This document shows, in pieces, positions 12,258 to 21,128 of a stretch of 64,000 nt of DNA. Each line of letters begins with the position of its first letter. Position 1 is the first letter of the stretch. The notes beneath the pieces were generated by a model. That model saw only the letters and a program-made list of their open reading frames with translations, had not been told where the DNA came from and did not search any database. Position numbers and translations under genes: made by a program. Source of the stretch: Candidatus Sumerlaeota bacterium (GTDB lineage: Bacteria > Sumerlaeota > Sumerlaeia > SLMS01 > JAHLLQ01); the NCBI GenBank assembly GCA_030156535.1, contig JASGMJ010000005.1, positions 104,930-168,929 of the forward strand. Reading direction: 5' to 3'.

Positions 12258-12739
12258 TTCCCCCGTCCGGGCAGCCCGAGGCGGACGCCTTCTGGATGGA
12301 CCGTGCGCTGGGGCAGGCGCGTCTGGCCGCCGGGCGCGGCGAAGTCCCCATCGGCTGCGTCATTGTGCGCGGCGGCGAACTCCTCGCCAGCGCCCACGAC
12401 GGCAAGGAACTCTTCTGGGAACCCACGGCGCACGCGGAGATTCTCGCCATCCGTCAGGCGGCAGCCCGCGCGGGCGACTGGCGCCTGGATGGCGCCACGC
12501 TCTACGTGACGCTCGAGCCCTGCCCCATGTGCGCCGGGGCGATGCTCCACGCGCGCATTGCCCGGCTCGTGTACGGCGCCTCCAACCCACGCTGGGGCGC
12601 GTGCTCGGGCGCGTGCAACCTGCTGGCGGACACGCGGTTCAATCATCGAGTGGAAATTCATGCAGGGGTGCGCGAGGAGGCCTGCGCGGCGCTGCTGCGC
12701 GAGACCTTTCGCCAATGGAGGCGTGCCAAGCGCGGCTAG
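12254..12739 (+). CDS. tadA: tRNA-specific adenosine deaminase
   Basis: 'GEVPIG', 'TAHAE', 'TLEPCPMCAGA'; GTG start overlaps the upstream stop. Confidence 0.88.
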   Translation: MIPPSGQPEADAFWMDRALGQARLAAGRGEVPIGCVIVRGGELLASAHDGKELFWEPTAHAEILAIRQAAARAGDWRLDGATLYVTLEPCPMCAGAMLHARIARLVYGASNPRWGACSGACNLLADTRFNHRVEIHAGVREEACAALLRETFRQWRRAKRG

Positions 12740-13336
12740 AAAGTCTCTTTTCGAGACTCTCATTTGCCGAATGTTGTCGGTTTGCAAAGAATTTCCCCTC
12801 GACCTCGGTCTCGAAATTGGATAACTGGGCAGCGGTTTCTCCCCTCGTTTCCGATGGTGTGGCGCGCGGTTCCAGCATTCAAGAGAGGCACTCCGGGAGC
12901 CTCCGTGTCGTCTGTGGAACGAGCAGACTCCCTCTCATCTGGCAGCGGGACGCCTTGAGAAAAGCCAAGTTGCCTCATCATTTCGAGCGCCGGGCGGACG
13001 GCGTGAGCAGCACCAGGGAGGGGCGGTTGTCCGATTACAAATGCCCAACTCGATACCGTTCACAGAACTGGTTGCCGGAAATCAGGATTGAGAGCGTGAG
13101 GGCAAATGTGAATGGCACAGGATTCGTTCATATGATCTCAGACGCGTTACCGGATACTTGTTCCAAATCAACGAGTGGACGGCAACGTTGCAGGTGAAGG
13201 GTAGAAGTCCCGCACCCGGCAATCAAGAGTCTCTTGGCAGAACGGAAATTCGGTCTTCCGACAGAAATTCCGTTTTCGTCTTCTCCCGGACTCTTTGGTG
13301 CAGGCACCACAGCTTCCAGACAGGATGAAGTCTACA

Positions 13337-14122
13337 ATGAGCACGAATTTTTTTCAGGACGCTTTGCGTCAGGCCATGACAAGCCGACACTTCAATCAGG
13401 CGCAGCTTGCCGAATTCCTGCGTGTTGACCCCGCCTACGTTTCGCGCTGGCTCAAAGGGTCGAGTCCCCGCATCGACCAGATGCGCGCCGTCCTGATCGC
13501 GCTGGGTTGGGATTTGGACCGGGCGCGCCCGGACTATGATGCCTTCAACGATGCGCTGGCGCAGTTGTCAACGCAACCGGGCGCCGTGCTCCCCGGCGAA
13601 AAGGGGAAGAGCAAGTCCCCCGAAAACGTGAAGGAAATCAAGAGCCTGCTGGAGAACGCAGCCGTTCAACACAAGCGCCTCGCTTCTCCCCCGGTGGAAA
13701 ACATCGGGATTCTCAAGGCTGAGACGGCCACGTTGGTCCTCAATGAGGCCAAGCCCACCGAGAGCTTCGAGTCCCTCAGCGAAATGTTTCCGCCCATCGA
13801 CTTCGCCGCCAACGAGCTGGTGATCGTCACCGTCGAGGGAGACGAACTCGCCCCGGTTCACACAGCCGGAACACGTCTGGTGCTACGGAAGATCCTCAAG
13901 CCCAATGGCGTACCCAACGACACGCAGGTCGCGATGGAGCCGGTGCACCAGACCGGAACATTCCATCTGCGCCGGCTCGTGCGGGTGGAAGTGGGACGCT
14001 CAGGGCGGGTCGACCGCCTCATGGGACTGCCGCTGACGGATCGCCAGGACTACCTGTTCTTCAAGCCCCGCGAGGTGCGTCTGGCCTGGGCTGTGGTCGG
14101 CGCCATCGAGAAACTGGCGTAA
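13337..14122 (+). CDS. XRE-family HTH regulator with degenerate S24/LexA-like C-terminal domain
   Basis: 'NQAQLAEFLRVDPAYVSRWLKG' HTH; 'VEGDELAP' where 'VxGDSMxP' is expected. Confidence 0.75.
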   Translation: MSTNFFQDALRQAMTSRHFNQAQLAEFLRVDPAYVSRWLKGSSPRIDQMRAVLIALGWDLDRARPDYDAFNDALAQLSTQPGAVLPGEKGKSKSPENVKEIKSLLENAAVQHKRLASPPVENIGILKAETATLVLNEAKPTESFESLSEMFPPIDFAANELVIVTVEGDELAPVHTAGTRLVLRKILKPNGVPNDTQVAMEPVHQTGTFHLRRLVRVEVGRSGRVDRLMGLPLTDRQDYLFFKPREVRLAWAVVGAIEKLA

Positions 14123-14155
14123 CGGCCCACCTGACAACGACACGAAAAGTTCAAC

Positions 14156-14186
14156 GGGCCGGCCTTGCGCCGGCCCTTGCGTTTTT
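14156..14186 (+). terminator. Putative terminator between convergent genes
   Basis: GGGCCGGC/GCCGGCCC stem then TTGCGTTTTT. Confidence 0.55.
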
Positions 14187-14196
14187 GCCCCCGAAG

Positions 14197-15546
14197 CTAC
14201 TCGGCGAGCAACTCGTCGAGGGCGTTCGGAATTGCGATCCCCGGCAGGTCCATCGCCGCAATGCGTCCCGAGCGATCCACGAGCACAACGCGCGGCAGGC
14301 GACTGACTCCCAGCATCTGCGCCGCCTCCGAGTGGAAACCGTTCCCCTCGAAAATCTGCCGGTCCGTGAAACCCGATTGATCCTGATAGCGCTTCAGGGC
14401 CTCCGCGGTGCGGTCGAGACTGACCCCGACGACCTTGACTCCGTTGGTGCGGTAAGGCTCGACGAGTGGGAGGAGTTGATCGATCAGTTCGCGTGATTCC
14501 GGGCTCCATGATGCCCAGTAGACAAAGAGGACCGGCGCGCCGCGGAACTGATCGATGTTGACGAGTTCCTTGTTCAGGTCGTCTGACTTCTGAAAACGCG
14601 GGAAGTACGTCCGGCGTGCCGGGGGGATCAGCAGGCTCCCGCGGGTCAGGGGTTCCTTGCGGTCGCTGGCGCTGTACAAACGGCGCATGGTCGCCAAACG
14701 GTCGGCGAGCAGATCGGACGACGGATTCTCGATGATGCGGTCCACCTCGCGGGGCGAGAGCGTGGTGGCCTGCGTGCCCGATTCCGCGAAGGCGCTGGCT
14801 TCCGAAGTGCCGGGTGATGGCGTCGGGTTCCCCGCCGAGTCGCGAAAGCTGCGCGCCCACAGCACGAACGTCAACGCGTTGTGCTGGGTCTGTCCCGAAC
14901 GGCGGTCAAGTTCGTCCGTCCCCGAGAGAACGATCAGCCCCTTGCCCCAACGACGCGTCACAATCACCGGATGCTTTCCCACCGCCGTGCGGTAGTGGGC
15001 CTGCCAGGTGCCGTCCTCCAACTCGAAGCGCCGGATGCCTTTCGCGCAATGCCAGACGTTGCCGTCCAGCGGCCCCTGGCCCACCTTCTCCGGGATGATC
15101 TCGCCCTCGACAATCGTGTCCGTGCAGCGGAATCCGAAGCGTTTGCCCAGGTAGTTGAAGTTTTCCAGCGTGACGGGAGTCGCACCCGGCGATGCGATCA
15201 GGATAATCACCGAGCCCGTCGTTGCCGCGCTGTCGAAGGCTTCCATGTCGTCGCGGAACAACTCCGCGCCCGGCGGAAACTGATCGGCGTAAACAACTGC
15301 CGAAGAGTACACCCGGGGACGATCCAGCGGAAAGCCGGCGGCCACCAGGCGCAGGCGCGTATTCCCGACGCGGATTTCCTTCTCCCCCTCGGGCCGTGCA
15401 TAGAAGCCCAGGAGAATGGAGACGGCACTCTGCGGGAGGACGGGAACCGTCAGCAGGGCGAAAAGAAGAGCGGAAATCAGGGTGCGGCAACGAAGGTTCA
15501 TGGTGGTCGTGTCGGCCGCGCCAAACCACGACGCGGACTGCGTCAC
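14197..15546 (-). CDS. Exported protein with C-terminal TlpA-like thioredoxin fold lacking cysteines
   Basis: Hydrophobic N-terminal segment, 'VYWASWSPES', 'VVGVSLD', 'GVSRLPRVVLVDRSGRI'. Confidence 0.75.
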   Translation of the reverse strand: MTQSASWFGAADTTTMNLRCRTLISALLFALLTVPVLPQSAVSILLGFYARPEGEKEIRVGNTRLRLVAAGFPLDRPRVYSSAVVYADQFPPGAELFRDDMEAFDSAATTGSVIILIASPGATPVTLENFNYLGKRFGFRCTDTIVEGEIIPEKVGQGPLDGNVWHCAKGIRRFELEDGTWQAHYRTAVGKHPVIVTRRWGKGLIVLSGTDELDRRSGQTQHNALTFVLWARSFRDSAGNPTPSPGTSEASAFAESGTQATTLSPREVDRIIENPSSDLLADRLATMRRLYSASDRKEPLTRGSLLIPPARRTYFPRFQKSDDLNKELVNIDQFRGAPVLFVYWASWSPESRELIDQLLPLVEPYRTNGVKVVGVSLDRTAEALKRYQDQSGFTDRQIFEGNGFHSEAAQMLGVSRLPRVVLVDRSGRIAAMDLPGIAIPNALDELLAE

Positions 15547-16682
15547 TTGCCTCCGAGCACCAGGAGCCCGATAATGATGCCAATGCTCAGCATCGCAACT
15601 CCCACGAGGATGGCCACCATGATCGTGGTCTTCATCGAGGAAGGCGCGGCGGGCACCGGTGCCTGCGCGGGTGTGGATGCCGGCGCGGAAGCGGCGGCGG
15701 GCTTTGCTGCGGGGGCCTTGGCTTCCTGCGGCGGCGCCTGGGCGGGGTCGAAGGCAGCGAGGGAATCGGGAAGTTTCTTGCCGTTGAGCCAGCGGTCCAA
15801 CAGGTCCGCCACCACTCCGGCGTCGCCAATGCGGTCCTTGGGGTGCTTGGCCAGCATCCCGAGGACGACCTGCTCGACCACTTCCGGAATGCCTGGTTCG
15901 ATCTCACGCAGGGGCTTGGGCGCTTTCTGGACGATGTTGCGCATCGTCTTCAGATCGTCGGGCCCGATGAACGGGTGTTCGCCCGTCAGCATTTCGTAGC
16001 ACACCGTGCCGAGCGAAAAGACGTCGGCACGGCCGTCGGGCTGGACCTTGAACTGATCGGTGATCTGCTCGGGGGCCATGTAGGCGGGCGTACCGACGGC
16101 AAAGCCACTTGCTGTCAGCGTTTCGTCCTTCTGCCCTTTTGCGAGACCGAAGTCGGTGAGCACCACGCGGTCGGTGCCGCGCTCGATCAGAATGTTGCCG
16201 GGCTTGATGTCGCGGTGCAGGATGCCCTTGCTGTGCGTGTACTGCAACGCACCGGCGACGGTCTGAACGACACGGGCGGCCTCGCGGGGGTCCCACTTCT
16301 TGCCGCGCCGGCGCTCGCTTTCCAGATCGTAGCCGTCGATGTATTCAAGCGCGAGAAACTGAATCGGGCCGTCGTCGGCGAACTCATAGAGAGTCGCAAT
16401 GTGCGGATGGCGAATCTGGGCGAATGTGCGGGCTTCACGCTCGAAGCGCGCCAAGCTGTTGTCGCGCGTTGCGCGGTCGGGCGAGAGCGTCTTGAGGGCG
16501 ACTTTGCGGCCCAGCTTGGTGTCCCGGGCGAGATAGACAACGCCCATGCCGCCGCGGCCCAGCTCGCCGAGCAGCTCGTAGTTGCGTTGCGCAAAGACAG
16601 CCGCCAGACGATCGGAAGCCGACCCTCCGGGGTTGGCCTTGGTCACTGCGGGGTGTCGCTTGGGTCCGGGAGGGGTGGTCAT
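15543..16682 (-). CDS. Membrane-anchored Hanks-type Ser/Thr kinase
   Basis: GRGGMGVV, VALK, HRDIKPGN, DFG, GTPAYMAPEQ; Pro/Ala linker and C-terminal TM. Confidence 0.95.
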   Translation of the reverse strand: MTTPPGPKRHPAVTKANPGGSASDRLAAVFAQRNYELLGELGRGGMGVVYLARDTKLGRKVALKTLSPDRATRDNSLARFEREARTFAQIRHPHIATLYEFADDGPIQFLALEYIDGYDLESERRRGKKWDPREAARVVQTVAGALQYTHSKGILHRDIKPGNILIERGTDRVVLTDFGLAKGQKDETLTASGFAVGTPAYMAPEQITDQFKVQPDGRADVFSLGTVCYEMLTGEHPFIGPDDLKTMRNIVQKAPKPLREIEPGIPEVVEQVVLGMLAKHPKDRIGDAGVVADLLDRWLNGKKLPDSLAAFDPAQAPPQEAKAPAAKPAAASAPASTPAQAPVPAAPSSMKTTIMVAILVGVAMLSIGIIIGLLVLGGK

Positions 16683-16991
16683 TGAAAATCCTCGGCGGAG
16701 GTTCGGTCGAGTGGATGAATACCGCCGTGCGTTTAGACCTCGAAAGATCGGAGAGGGAGCGGTGCAGGGCAATCAAAAGGCGACCATGCCAGTGGGAATT
16801 GCGGAATGGCCCGGAGGAAATGCAGCCAATCCGGCCGGATACCCAAACGCAATCACCTCCGATAATTCAAAAATAGGTCTGCGGGCTCGCCCTGCGTCAA
16901 GCCAACAGTCCAACCGGAGACGGACAACCCGATAACCCGGTTTCATCCCAAGAGCCCGCTGCATCCGCCGCCAACGGGATGCGCATCCGGC

Positions 16992-17816
16992 CTACCGCGG
17001 TGTTTCGCGCAGCAGCAGGCTCTTCTCGAAGGCCTGGAGCATGACGACGACGATGCCCACAGTCAGCACGCCAAGAGGCAGGACGAACCCGGCCAGCGCC
17101 ACGCTCTTGAGAAACGCCACGTTGGTCAGCGCCGTCAGCCACAGCCCCAGCGCGAAAACCTCCGCCTTGCCATAGGGCAGACTCCGCCGCGCCACGCCAT
17201 CGGCCAGCGCACGCCCCAGCACCGCCCCCGCCACCATCCCAGCCAGCGTGTACGAGGCGACCGTCTGCTGGCTTCCCCCGCTCAGCCACACGACCCCGGA
17301 GAGGGCCAGGCCGAACAGCGGTGCCCCCATCGGAACGAGGCTGACCAACTCCACGATGCTCGACAGCAGAAAGAGCCACAGCACCGTGAAGACGACGACC
17401 AGCAGCGGCGCGAGCGAGACCGTGCCGCTCCACGGCGCCGTAATGATGAAGACGGAAAAGCCGACGAAGCTGAGCACGATGCCGCTGCCCAGCAGGCCGA
17501 GCAGATGGCGCTCGCTCTTGGGGCGGCCAAAGTCACTCTTCAGTGCGGCGGCCAGCAGCGGTAGCGCAGCCAGCAGCAGCGGCCACAGGGCGGGACCCAC
17601 GCCGCGATTCTCGCCCGGCGGCAGGGGAAGCCGCTGCTGGAATGCGCCGAGCAACGCCGTCGCCACCGCCAGCCCCACCCACAGCCCCATGCCAATGCGC
17701 GTGGATCGCCCGCCCGGTTCGCCGTGCAAGGGCTTCTGGGTGCCGGCCGGGAGCACGGCGTGGGCCAGCGCCGTTGCCGCCAATGCCACGAGCAGGCTGA
17801 TCGGATAGGAGGTCAT
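16992..17816 (-). CDS. MraY/WecA (GT4)-like membrane protein lacking catalytic motifs
   Basis: TM pattern parallels WecA, but DD, NxxDGxDG and GDxG are replaced. Coupled to GT2 genes. Confidence 0.55.
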   Translation of the reverse strand: MTSYPISLLVALAATALAHAVLPAGTQKPLHGEPGGRSTRIGMGLWVGLAVATALLGAFQQRLPLPPGENRGVGPALWPLLLAALPLLAAALKSDFGRPKSERHLLGLLGSGIVLSFVGFSVFIITAPWSGTVSLAPLLVVVFTVLWLFLLSSIVELVSLVPMGAPLFGLALSGVVWLSGGSQQTVASYTLAGMVAGAVLGRALADGVARRSLPYGKAEVFALGLWLTALTNVAFLKSVALAGFVLPLGVLTVGIVVVMLQAFEKSLLLRETPR

Positions 17817-18751
17817 GGCCTGCCCCCCTTCGCCGCCGCCTGGGCCGCATCGGGGGACTTGCGCCCCAGACGCTTGAGCCAGACCGCCCCAAGCTGCAGC
17901 ACGCAGCGCGTCGAGACCATTGCGATCGTCGCGAGATCAAGGAACAGCAGCTCGCGGCTGTAGTGCTTCTTGTAATACAAGTACATCGAGCGATGCCGCT
18001 CGAAGATCGGCATGAAGGGAAACGCCGAGGACGTTTGCCCAATGAAGTGCATGACCGTGGAGACGGGCAGGTAGGCCACACGCCACCCGGCCTCCCAGAC
18101 GCGCAGGCAGTAGTCCACGTCCTCGCTGTACATGAAGAAGCGCTCGTCGAGTCCGCCGATCTGCTCGTAGACGTCGCGGCGGATGATGAGGCACGCGCCG
18201 CTGACCCAATCGACGTCGCGGATTTCGTCCTCATCGAGATCGGTCATCAGGTAGCCGGCCGAGTAGGGGTTGTTCGGAAACAGACGGGTCAGCAGGCTGT
18301 AGCGGTTGAAAAGCGCCTGCTGGAAACTGGGGAAGCGGCGGCAGGACAACTGGCGCGATCCGTCGGGGTTGAGCAGCTTGAGGCCGGAGGCGCCGATGTC
18401 GCTGCGGGCATCCATGGCCCGGACGGCCTCGGCAAAGCAGCCGGGACTGCTGACCGTGTCGTTGTTGAGCAGAACGAGGTAGCGTCCGGCCGCCACGGCC
18501 AGCCCCTGGTTGTTGGCGCCGGTAAAGCCCCGGTTCTCGCCGTTGGCGATCAGACGGACTTTGGGGAACTCGCGACGCACCATCTCCTGGCTGCCGTCGG
18601 TGCTGCCATTGTCGACGACGATGGCCTCCCACGTTACGCCCTCGCAGGCGGGGGCCAGACTCTGGAGGCAGGCCCGCAGCAACTCCACGCCGTTGCGATG
18701 GACGACAATCAGCGAAACATCGCACGCCCCCCTGGCTTCCCGCTGCTGCAT
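17813..18751 (-). CDS. Glycosyltransferase family 2 (WbbL-like)
   Basis: 'VVDNGSTDGS', 'LLNNDT', 'DWVSGACL', 'FMYSEDVD'. Confidence 0.92.
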   Translation of the reverse strand: MQQREARGACDVSLIVVHRNGVELLRACLQSLAPACEGVTWEAIVVDNGSTDGSQEMVRREFPKVRLIANGENRGFTGANNQGLAVAAGRYLVLLNNDTVSSPGCFAEAVRAMDARSDIGASGLKLLNPDGSRQLSCRRFPSFQQALFNRYSLLTRLFPNNPYSAGYLMTDLDEDEIRDVDWVSGACLIIRRDVYEQIGGLDERFFMYSEDVDYCLRVWEAGWRVAYLPVSTVMHFIGQTSSAFPFMPIFERHRSMYLYYKKHYSRELLFLDLATIAMVSTRCVLQLGAVWLKRLGRKSPDAAQAAAKGGRP

Positions 18752-19722
18752 CACTTTCGGCTCCGGCCCTTCCCCGGTGGCTCCAGGCGGACTGTGCGGT
18801 CGCGGAATCCCCACGCGAGCGTGCGCTTCTTCAGCCAGAAGCGCGCGCCGCTGAGCAGGTGCTCGACCGTCAGGCGATTGAAGCCTTCGGCGCTCTTGCG
18901 CTGCACCTTGTGAATGATGCGCGCTTGGGGGTTGAACGCAATTTTCCACTTCAGCCGCTTGGCCCGCCAGCACCAGTCGGTGTCCTCGAAGCCGAAGTAG
19001 TAGCGGTCGTCGAAGAGGCCGACCTGTTCGATGGCCTCGCGCCTCATGCAGAAGCAGGCCCCCGCCACCCAGTCGCCGTAGTAGGGATGCTCGGGGTCGC
19101 GGTCCATCATCAGGTGGCGCCGGTTCCAGGGGTTCTCCGGCCAAATTTTGGCGATCAGCGAGCGGCGCGCGATGATCGTCGGGAGCGTGTAGAAGCGCTT
19201 GACGTTGCGCTCGAGCGATCCGTCCAGGCGGTGCGTGTTCCCCCCGCAGGCCCCCACCTTCGGATAGAGGTCCATGAACTGCACCAGGGCGTCGAAGCAC
19301 CCGGGCAGCACCTCGGTGTCGGCATCGAGCATCAGGCAGTAGCGCCCGCGTGCCGCGCGAATACCCACGTTGCGCATCTCGGCAATACCAAAGACGTCGT
19401 GGGAAATCAGGCGCATCCACGGATTGGCGGCGCACAACTCCTCGGTGCCGTCGCCGCTGGGTTTGTTGACGACGATCACCTCGACGCCACAGGAAACCTG
19501 ATGATGCCGAATGCTCGGCACGACCCCTTGAAGGTCTTTCCCCATGCGCCAGTTAATCAGCACGACCGAGAGGTCGGGCCGGGGGGCGTTTTCCCGCACA
19601 AAGGCCGCTGCGGATGCCTCCACAGTGGTCACGGGGGGAGCGGCTGTCCTCTCCGCAAGACGGGGAGCGGAAACCGGCAAGGCGTTTGCATCATGTGGTG
19701 CGGCGGAGGGTTCCACGGCCAC
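18751..19722 (-). CDS. Glycosyltransferase family 2 (WbbL-like paralogue)
   Basis: 'LDADT', 'DWVAGACF', 'FGFEDTDW'; stop overlaps the next ATG. Start uncertain. Confidence 0.88.
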   Translation of the reverse strand: MAVEPSAAPHDANALPVSAPRLAERTAAPPVTTVEASAAAFVRENAPRPDLSVVLINWRMGKDLQGVVPSIRHHQVSCGVEVIVVNKPSGDGTEELCAANPWMRLISHDVFGIAEMRNVGIRAARGRYCLMLDADTEVLPGCFDALVQFMDLYPKVGACGGNTHRLDGSLERNVKRFYTLPTIIARRSLIAKIWPENPWNRRHLMMDRDPEHPYYGDWVAGACFCMRREAIEQVGLFDDRYYFGFEDTDWCWRAKRLKWKIAFNPQARIIHKVQRKSAEGFNRLTVEHLLSGARFWLKKRTLAWGFRDRTVRLEPPGKGRSRK

Positions 19723-19810
19723 CTTTTCCTGCCAAAACTGTCATTTTGCCCGGCAGCACCACGGCGCGTACCGAACTCTCCCGGAACATAAAAACACCAG
19801 GAGTCACCAA

Positions 19811-20437
19811 ATGGTTGGGACATTGAGAGCATGGGATGGAGCCGAAACAACGGAAAAGGCTCAGCGGGCGCTCGAACGCCTGAAGGAAACATTCAAGGTG
19901 GAAAGCCTTCCGGCAAGTCTGGCAGAGCTGGCCCATTCGGAATCGGGCATCAATGATCTGTACATGAATTTGAAGCGTCAGCTCGAAGGCGGCAAGGTGG
20001 AGCAGAAAGACAAGCTCCTGATCGCCATTGGCGTGGCCACTGCCGCGGGCTCGCGCGACGCAGTGACCTTCCTCGGCGCCGCCGCCCGCGAGGCAGGCGT
20101 CACGCCCCAGCAGATCGCCGACGCCATTGGCGTGGCCACTGTCTGCACCCTGTTCAACAGCTACTACAAGTTCCGCCATCTGGCGCAGGATGAGGCATTC
20201 GAAGCCTTCAAGGCGCCGTTCAATGCGAACTCCTTCATGAAGACGGAACTCTCGCCCGTCCAGACGGAACTGCTCAACATCGCGATTTCCACCTTCAACG
20301 GCTGCGACGTCTGCGTGAAGGGGCACCTGAACAAAACCCGTGCGCTCGGCGTGAGCGACGAGCAGATTGACGAGACCATCAAGGTCGGCGCCATCGCCAC
20401 CGCCCTTGCCGCCGCCTGCGGAGCCATGAGCGCCTGA
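19811..20437 (+). CDS. ahpD: Alkyl hydroperoxide reductase D / carboxymuconolactone decarboxylase family
   Basis: 'NSYYKFRH', 'NGCDVCVKGH'; adjacent to ahpC. Confidence 0.85.
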   Translation: MVGTLRAWDGAETTEKAQRALERLKETFKVESLPASLAELAHSESGINDLYMNLKRQLEGGKVEQKDKLLIAIGVATAAGSRDAVTFLGAAAREAGVTPQQIADAIGVATVCTLFNSYYKFRHLAQDEAFEAFKAPFNANSFMKTELSPVQTELLNIAISTFNGCDVCVKGHLNKTRALGVSDEQIDETIKVGAIATALAAACGAMSA

Positions 20438-20541
20438 GCCACCCGCAAAACACGGCCGCCCCGCGGCCGGAACAGAGATCGCGACCACCCCGGGCAAGAC
20501 CCGGTTGTCGGCAACAAACTGCATCCCAAGGAGACACGTAA

Positions 20542-21066
20542 ATGATTCAGATCGGCCAAAAGGCCCCGGAATTCGAGTGCAAGGCCCTCGTCGGGACCGA
20601 GTTCAAGTCCATCAAACTGAGCGACTACAAAGGCAAGTGGGTCTGCCTTTACTTCTACCCCCTCGACTTCACGTTCGTCTGCCCCACGGAAATCAAGGCA
20701 TTCAGCGACATGGTCCCCGAGTTTGAGGATCGCGACTGCGTCGTGCTCGGCGGAAGCTGCGACAGCGAGTTCAGCCACCTGGGCTGGGTAAACTCCAAGA
20801 GCGAGCTGAAGGACCTGAAGCACCCCCTCATCTCCGACTACACCAAGCAGATCTCCGCAAGCCTCGGCATCCTTGACGCCGCCAAGGGCGTCTCGCACCG
20901 CGCCACGTTCCTCATCGACCCCGAGGGCATCGTGCGTTTCATCTACGTCACCGACCTCAACGTGGGCCGCAGCCCCGACGAGGTGATCCGCGTGCTCGAC
21001 GCTCTGCAGACCGACGAGCTGTGCCCGTGCAACTGGAAGAAGGGCGCGGAGACGATCAGCGTCTGA
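20542..21066 (+). CDS. ahpC: 2-Cys peroxiredoxin
   Basis: 'FYPLDFTFVCPTE' and 'LCPCNW'. Confidence 0.96.
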   Translation: MIQIGQKAPEFECKALVGTEFKSIKLSDYKGKWVCLYFYPLDFTFVCPTEIKAFSDMVPEFEDRDCVVLGGSCDSEFSHLGWVNSKSELKDLKHPLISDYTKQISASLGILDAAKGVSHRATFLIDPEGIVRFIYVTDLNVGRSPDEVIRVLDALQTDELCPCNWKKGAETISV

Positions 21067-21093
21067 TCCGGATACCGCGCAACGTCCAAGCTC

Positions 21094-21128
21094 CGGCCGG
21101 CCCCGCAACGGGCCGGTCGTTTTTGTTT
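21094..21128 (+). terminator. Rho-independent terminator after ahpC
   Basis: CGGCCGGCCC/GGGCCGGTCG stem plus TTTTTGTTT. Confidence 0.8.

Noticed and set aside
12529..13197. 222-aa + strand ORF and small - strand ORFs in the tadA-XRE spacer
   Set aside because: They overlap tadA or lack an RBS and recognisable motifs.
13337..14122. Prophage immunity region
   Set aside because: No integrase, cro or structural phage genes nearby.
14490..14520. Selenocysteine in the TlpA-like active site
   Set aside because: The codons are AGC and TCA (Ser), with no in-frame TGA.
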